This document shows positions 59,098-64,000 of a stretch of DNA of 64,000 bases, piece by piece. Each line of letters opens with the position of its first letter. Position 1 is the stretch's first letter. Source of the stretch: Candidatus Staskawiczbacteria bacterium RIFOXYB1_FULL_37_44 (lineage in GTDB: Bacteria; Patescibacteriota; Minisyncoccia; Minisyncoccales; Staskawiczbacteraceae); the NCBI GenBank assembly GCA_001822065.1, contig MHPJ01000015.1, forward strand, positions 7,186-71,185, written 5' to 3'. The position numbers and the translations under genes were made by a program. A model generated the notes under the pieces. It saw only the letters and a program-made list of their open reading frames with translations. It was not told the DNA's origin and did not search any database.

Positions 59098-60861
59098 TTA
59101 TTTTTTAGATTTTATTTCTTCGCTAATTTTTTCTACGAATTTTTCCATTTGCATCTGTCCCACGTCACCCTTTCCACGTTCACGAACGGAGATATGCTGC
59201 CCTTGGGCTTCTTTGTCGCCCAAAATTAACAAATATGGAATTTTTTGCATTTCAGCTTCGCGGATTTTTTTGCCCAAAGTTTCGTTTTCATTTTTTATTT
59301 CAACTCTGATATTTATATTTTTTAATTCTTCAGCAACTTTTTTTGCATACTCAAAATGCTTTTCCGAAATTGGAATTACCGCAACCTGAATAGGGGACAG
59401 CCACACCGGAAACGCCCCAGCATAGTGTTCAATTAAAAATCCAATTGTTCTCTCATGAGTTCCGAGAGGTGCTCGATGAATGCAAATCGGCGTTTTTTGC
59501 TGGCCACTTTTATCGATGTAGGTTAGGCCGAATCTTTCGGGCACTGCAAAATCTACCTGGTTTGTCGCCAGAGTAAACTCTCTGCCAATGGCAGACCAAA
59601 CTTCCACGTCAATTTTTGGGCCATAGAAAGCAGCTTCGTTTGCCACTTCCTTGAACGGAATTTTTTCTTTAATTAAAATATTTCGCACCATTGCTTCGGT
59701 TTTTTTCCACAACCCTTCATTGTCAATATATTTTTTTCCAAGTCCTTCTTTTGAGTGAGTGCTTAAGCGCATTACATATTTTTCAATTCCAAAAATTTTG
59801 AAATACTCTAAGTATAATTTTACAACAGCCAAAAATTCTTCGGCGAATTGTTCTTCTGTGCAATATATATGAGCATCATTCATTTGCATTGACCGCACAC
59901 GCATCAAGCCAAACAATTCTCCAGACTTTTCGTAGCGATAGCACATTCCGTATTCCGCCAGTCGTAACGGCAAATCTTTATAACTTTTTTGTTCGGTTAA
60001 AAAAATCTGGTGATGATGAGGGCAGTTCATCGCCTTTAAATAATATTTTACTTTTTTTCCTTCTTCCTCCAAAATCATTGGTGGAAACATTGTGTCCGCG
60101 TAATACGGTAAATGTCCTGAAGTTTTGTACATTATTTCTTTTGCAACGTGCGGAGTTTTTACCTGTAGATATCCGCCTTTGTCTTCCATTTCTCTGGCAA
60201 GTTTCTCTAATTCTTGGATAATTATTGTTCCATTAGCCAGCCACAAGGGTAATCCAGGGCCGACCATTTCTGAAAAAGTAAAAAGTTTTAAATCTTTTCC
60301 AAGTTTTCGGTGGTCGCGTTTTTCGGCTTCTTCCTGCATTTTTACATAATCTTGCAGTTCTTTTTCTGTTTCAAAAGCCAGGCCATAAATTCTTGTCAGC
60401 ATTTTATTTTTTTCATTTCCTTTCCAATAAGCTCCCGCAATTTTTGTGAGCTTAAACCCAACATTTTCTTTTGCCTGCCCTGAACGAAGCTGAAGGGTGT
60501 TTTTAATGTGCGGGCCTTTGCATAAATCAACAAATTCTCCATTCTGAAAAATGGAAACAGTTTGGCCAGGCAAGTCTTTTATAAGTTCTAGCTTATATGG
60601 CTGAATGGCAAATAATTTTTTTGCTCTTATTTTTGAAATTTCTTGCTTTTTAAATTTTTGCTTTTGCAGAATCAGTTCTTTCATTCTTGCCTCAATTTTT
60701 TCTAAATCTTTTTCTTCCAGTGGTTTTGACATTTGAAAATCGTAGTAGAATCCATTTTCAATTGCCGGCCCCATTCCCAGCTTTGTTTTCGGCCAAATTT
60801 CCAAAACGGCCTGCGCCATTATGTGGGCAAGCGAATGCCGTATTTTTTCAATATTTTCCAT
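59098..60861 (-). CDS. thrS: Threonyl-tRNA synthetase
   Basis: RHSLAH, DLCKGPH, RDHRKLG, KAMNCPHH, AFYGPK, IHRA. Confidence 0.97.
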   Translation of the reverse strand: MENIEKIRHSLAHIMAQAVLEIWPKTKLGMGPAIENGFYYDFQMSKPLEEKDLEKIEARMKELILQKQKFKKQEISKIRAKKLFAIQPYKLELIKDLPGQTVSIFQNGEFVDLCKGPHIKNTLQLRSGQAKENVGFKLTKIAGAYWKGNEKNKMLTRIYGLAFETEKELQDYVKMQEEAEKRDHRKLGKDLKLFTFSEMVGPGLPLWLANGTIIIQELEKLAREMEDKGGYLQVKTPHVAKEIMYKTSGHLPYYADTMFPPMILEEEGKKVKYYLKAMNCPHHHQIFLTEQKSYKDLPLRLAEYGMCYRYEKSGELFGLMRVRSMQMNDAHIYCTEEQFAEEFLAVVKLYLEYFKIFGIEKYVMRLSTHSKEGLGKKYIDNEGLWKKTEAMVRNILIKEKIPFKEVANEAAFYGPKIDVEVWSAIGREFTLATNQVDFAVPERFGLTYIDKSGQQKTPICIHRAPLGTHERTIGFLIEHYAGAFPVWLSPIQVAVIPISEKHFEYAKKVAEELKNINIRVEIKNENETLGKKIREAEMQKIPYLLILGDKEAQGQHISVRERGKGDVGQMQMEKFVEKISEEIKSKK

Positions 60862-60875
60862 TGTTTTATATTATT

Positions 60876-60950
60876 CGTCATTGCGAGGAGTGAAACGACG
60901 AAGCAATCTAAACATGTTTATGAGATAGCTTCGCTTCGCTCACAATGACG
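60876..60950. repeat. GTCATTGCGAG...CTC(A)CAATGAC palindromic element
   Basis: Related to 58985-59091. Confidence 0.75.
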
Positions 60951-61112
60951 CGTAAGTTTGATTGTCTAATCTTACCACCTTTGGGTTAAGCGTAAAAGTA
61001 TTGACATGGTGTCTAAAATATGATATGATAATATTGTTAGCACACAATAGGTTTTGTTCTTAGCGGAGCTTGTCGCAAAGCAAGGAAAAACCAAAACAAT
61101 GAGGACACTCTC

Positions 61113-61457
61113 ATGCAAGATGGAACTTCGGATTCGCTTACCAGCATGTCGTTTGACAAGTTGTCTTTCAGGTATGTTTTTTTCTCGCTGATAGTAGCTT
61201 GCGCTCTTGTGCCAGTGATTGCGACTGGCGTTGCGTTGTATCTTTGGGGAGACCAGCAGACGCCGGCGGAAAAAGAAGAAGTGGAAAAGACAGCAAATGT
61301 CTATGCTTTCACTGAAGCGATCCGATATGCGAAGGATCCGAGAACTGGTCTTTGCTTCGCATATGTGACAAGCGGTTTCTCAACTTCAATGGTGCTGGTC
61401 CCCGAGGAAAAGATTCCTTGTGAGCTTCTTGGAGTCGCAAAACCGAGAGTGGATTAG
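61113..61457 (+). CDS. Hypothetical membrane-anchored protein (ORFan-like, less AT-rich)
   Basis: TM; YAKDPRTGLCFAY. Confidence 0.55.
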   Translation: MQDGTSDSLTSMSFDKLSFRYVFFSLIVACALVPVIATGVALYLWGDQQTPAEKEEVEKTANVYAFTEAIRYAKDPRTGLCFAYVTSGFSTSMVLVPEEKIPCELLGVAKPRVD

Positions 61458-61631
61458 GTTACAAATGGTCTGAGCAGGCCGACTGCTTACCGCATCAGAG
61501 AATGCGGTTTTCTTTTACTAAATTTTTTCAAAAATGAAATTACAGCTTACCGTTCAATTTTTGACGATCGTCAAAAAGTTGGCGGAAGAAGATAAAAAGA
61601 GATATAATTAAACAAATGATTATAAGCACGG

Positions 61632-62225
61632 ATGGTTATAAATACTGAAATAATAAATAAAAAAATGAAATCAAAGCCACCCTTAAAAGAAAAAATTTTG
61701 TTATCGCTTCTTGCCGGTATTGCATTTGGGTGCGCGGTTACTCCAAGCCAACAGAGCAGAGTTTTACGGTATTTCGCGAAAATATGGGAAAGCTCCGCTA
61801 AACAAATTTCAAAGGAGGTCAGAAATTTAAAACGATCAGATTTGATTAAAAAAATAGTTAAAACAAAAAGTGGCGAGTATAAAATTGAACTTACTGAAAA
61901 AGGGAAGTTAAAGGCAATTGAATATAATTTTTTGAGGAAATTAAAAATCAAAGATAAAAAATGGGACGGAAAATGGAGAATGTTGATTTTTGATGTGCCC
62001 GAGCGCCTGCGCAGCGGAAGAAACGCATTGAGATGGAAAATTAAAAAACTGGGATTTCACGAACTCCAAAAAAGCGTTTTTGTAATTCCTTTTGAATGTA
62101 AAAAAGAGATAGATTTAGTTGCAAATTATTTTGATTTAAAACTATATATCTATTATGGAATTTTGGAAATAGCGGGGGAGGAGATAAATAAAAAACTTAA
62201 AAAGCATTTCGGTCTTGCGGCATAA
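61632..62225 (+). CDS. PaaX-like wHTH plus Cas2-like ferredoxin-fold protein
   Basis: LTEKG, KWDGKWRMLIFDVPE, LGFHELQKSVF. Confidence 0.75.
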   Translation: MVINTEIINKKMKSKPPLKEKILLSLLAGIAFGCAVTPSQQSRVLRYFAKIWESSAKQISKEVRNLKRSDLIKKIVKTKSGEYKIELTEKGKLKAIEYNFLRKLKIKDKKWDGKWRMLIFDVPERLRSGRNALRWKIKKLGFHELQKSVFVIPFECKKEIDLVANYFDLKLYIYYGILEIAGEEINKKLKKHFGLAA

Positions 62226-62359
62226 AATTGGCGATCGTCAAAAATTTGTCATACGTGAAATAACCAAGCGCGCATACACATACTTGACAAGGTTAATTAT
62301 AATATGCTAAATTTAATTTAGCGCAAATGGGTTTTTCCTCACTTTTTTTGGAGGCGATC

Positions 62360-62545
62360 ATGGCTGTCCAGCAAGACAGAGAAATAGATCGTTTGGAAGT
62401 TGTTAGCAACAACAAGGACGTGTTTGAACAAGAGTTAGATATCTTGGAAGACCAAGGATGGAAGATCAAAACAACGTGGACTGAAGGGAGTGATTTTTTT
62501 GCCTTTCTTGTCAAACCTAAAAAACGGATTATAGGGGAGATGTAG
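62360..62545 (+). CDS. Small hypothetical protein
   Basis: GGAGG RBS before ATG 62360. Confidence 0.5.
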   Translation: MAVQQDREIDRLEVVSNNKDVFEQELDILEDQGWKIKTTWTEGSDFFAFLVKPKKRIIGEM

Positions 62546-62564
62546 TATGGCTTCAGCGCCGCCA

Positions 62565-62615
62565 TGGCGCCAACGCAGAAATGCTTTGGCGCCAACGCAG
62601 AAATGCTTTGGCGCC
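62565..62615 (+). repeat. 22-bp tandem repeat, about 2.3 copies
   Basis: tggcgccaacgcagaaatgctt repeated without spacer. Confidence 0.8.
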
Positions 62616-62623
62616 TTTTTTGT

Positions 62624-64000
62624 TTAAGCTTCGCGAGGCGTTAAAATTTCTTGGGCGTCGTCGGCGACAATTTTTATTTCGCCGTTGCGGTCGTCAACTC
62701 GGCCTGCAACGAATACTATTTTATTCTCTTGCAGCGCGGCGGGGTTGCGCTCTAACAAATTCGGGAAAATTACAACCTCCATTTTTCCGGTTAGATCTTC
62801 CACTTTTATAAACAGCATTGGCTGGCCTTTTTTGGTAATAATTTTTTTAACAGAGGAAACCATTCCGCCGATTATGAGTTTTTTATCCACAAATGACGCG
62901 TCAATTTTTGAGATTGGAACGGTTTTGTTTTCCAAAAGTTTTTTAAAACTATATAAAGGATGCGAACTTACATACAACCCAAGCAATTCTTTTTCCCAAC
63001 TAAGTTTTTCAAAATTGGTTGCGGGCGTTGCCTGGTCTAATTTTATTTCACTGCTGATTTTTACATTAGAGCTGGCAAAAAGCCCAATTTGTTTTGAGTT
63101 GCCGTTTTTGTTATTTTCACGGGCAATTTCAAGCATTTTTTCCAAATTTCCCAAAAGCTGGTTCCGCTCGGCAAACTCATCAAAGGCGCCGGCTTTTATT
63201 AAAGCCTCCATTGATTTTTTGTTTAAATCTTTCGATTTTACTCTATGTATAAAATCGCTGATGGTTGCAAATTTGCCATTGATTTTTCTTTCCTCGACAA
63301 TTGCATCAATTATGTTTACGCCCACATTTTTAATTGCCAGAAGCCCGAATCGTATTTGTCCGCCAGCTGACGGATTTCTCTCAACAACTGTGAAGTTTTT
63401 TAAGGATTCATTTATATTCGGAGCCAAAACTTCCACTTCCATTTTTTTACATTCGTCGATTAAAAATGAAATGCGTTCAACGTCGGCTTTTTCTGAAGTT
63501 AAAACCGATGCCATAAATTCAACAGGGTAGTGAGCTTTTAAATATGCAGTCTGGTAGGCAATTGTGGCGTAAGCTGCAGAGTGCGATTTATTAAATCCAT
63601 AGGCGGCAAAAGGCAAAATCCACTGCCAAAGTTCTTTTGCAACTTGTTTTGAAGCGCCGTTTTCTATGGCTCCATTTGTAAATTTATCTTTTTGCGCGTC
63701 TAAAAGATCTTTAATTTTTTTACCGATAGCTTTTCTTAAAACATCTGCCTGGCCCAAAGTAAATCCGCAAACTTCTTGCGCAATTTTCATAAGCTGTTCT
63801 TGGTAAATGCAAATGCCCTGCGTGTCTTTTAAAATTGGTTCAAGTTTTGGATGTAAATATTCAATTGTTTGGTTGCCGTGTTTCCTGGCAATATAATCTG
63901 GTATAAATTGCATCGGGCCTGGCCTGTATAACGCAACCATTGCGGTAATATCTTCAAAAGTTGACGGTTTCAGCTCTTTTAAATATCTTTTCATCCCGTC
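62624..64000 (-). CDS. dnaE: DNA polymerase III alpha subunit (3' part; gene starts beyond the window)
   Basis: ALYRPGPM, YQEQLM, YGFNKSHSAAY, IRFGL..IKNVG, OB fold. Confidence 0.96.
   Translation of the reverse strand, partial: DGMKRYLKELKPSTFEDITAMVALYRPGPMQFIPDYIARKHGNQTIEYLHPKLEPILKDTQGICIYQEQLMKIAQEVCGFTLGQADVLRKAIGKKIKDLLDAQKDKFTNGAIENGASKQVAKELWQWILPFAAYGFNKSHSAAYATIAYQTAYLKAHYPVEFMASVLTSEKADVERISFLIDECKKMEVEVLAPNINESLKNFTVVERNPSAGGQIRFGLLAIKNVGVNIIDAIVEERKINGKFATISDFIHRVKSKDLNKKSMEALIKAGAFDEFAERNQLLGNLEKMLEIARENNKNGNSKQIGLFASSNVKISSEIKLDQATPATNFEKLSWEKELLGLYVSSHPLYSFKKLLENKTVPISKIDASFVDKKLIIGGMVSSVKKIITKKGQPMLFIKVEDLTGKMEVVIFPNLLERNPAALQENKIVFVAGRVDDRNGEIKIVADDAQEILTPREA

Noticed and set aside
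62565..62615. Possible CRISPR array near the Cas2-like gene
   Set aside because: The 22-bp units are head-to-tail with no spacers, and there are no cas1 or effector genes.
62685..63530. 281-aa plus-strand ORF
   Set aside because: Antisense shadow of dnaE with no recognisable motifs; the same applies to the other antisense ORFs in the track.
1..64000. Alternative genetic code (UGA=Gly)
   Set aside because: Conserved genes are full length under code 11 and several end in TGA.

Overview
AT-rich chromosomal segment. Gene content, code-11 stops and repeat style point to a Patescibacteria/CPR (Parcubacteria-like) bacterium; this is inference. The housekeeping backbone includes pgk, recJ-like, rnpB, murJ, lepA, rsgA, single-chain pheS, gyrB, secE-nusG-rplK, a dCMP deaminase/tmk-thyX operon, gatB, miaA/miaB, thrS and dnaE. 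It is interrupted by (i) a two-system type II R-M island between murJ and lepA and (ii) a tRNA cluster (group I intron-containing tRNA-fMet, free-standing LAGLIDADG-like gene, tRNA-CAU, tRNA-Asp). The tRNA-Asp 3' end hosts a tandem stack of large-serine-recombinase (LSR) elements. Main result: each LSR gene is cut by its own attachment site, so in-silico excision gives an in-frame alternative C-terminus ([IV]RT motif) encoded at the far end of the element. Both LSR genes are also preceded by a promoter and a sequence-unrelated but topologically identical A-B-A'-B' RNA pseudoknot, supported by strand-specific G.U pairs. The type III Mod gene in element 1 has a similar two-state leader, and element 2 carries an inverted full attP copy bounding a 3-gene cassette. 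Short palindromic repeats are inserted in frame in several essential genes. All family assignments are from motif recognition by eye, not database searches.
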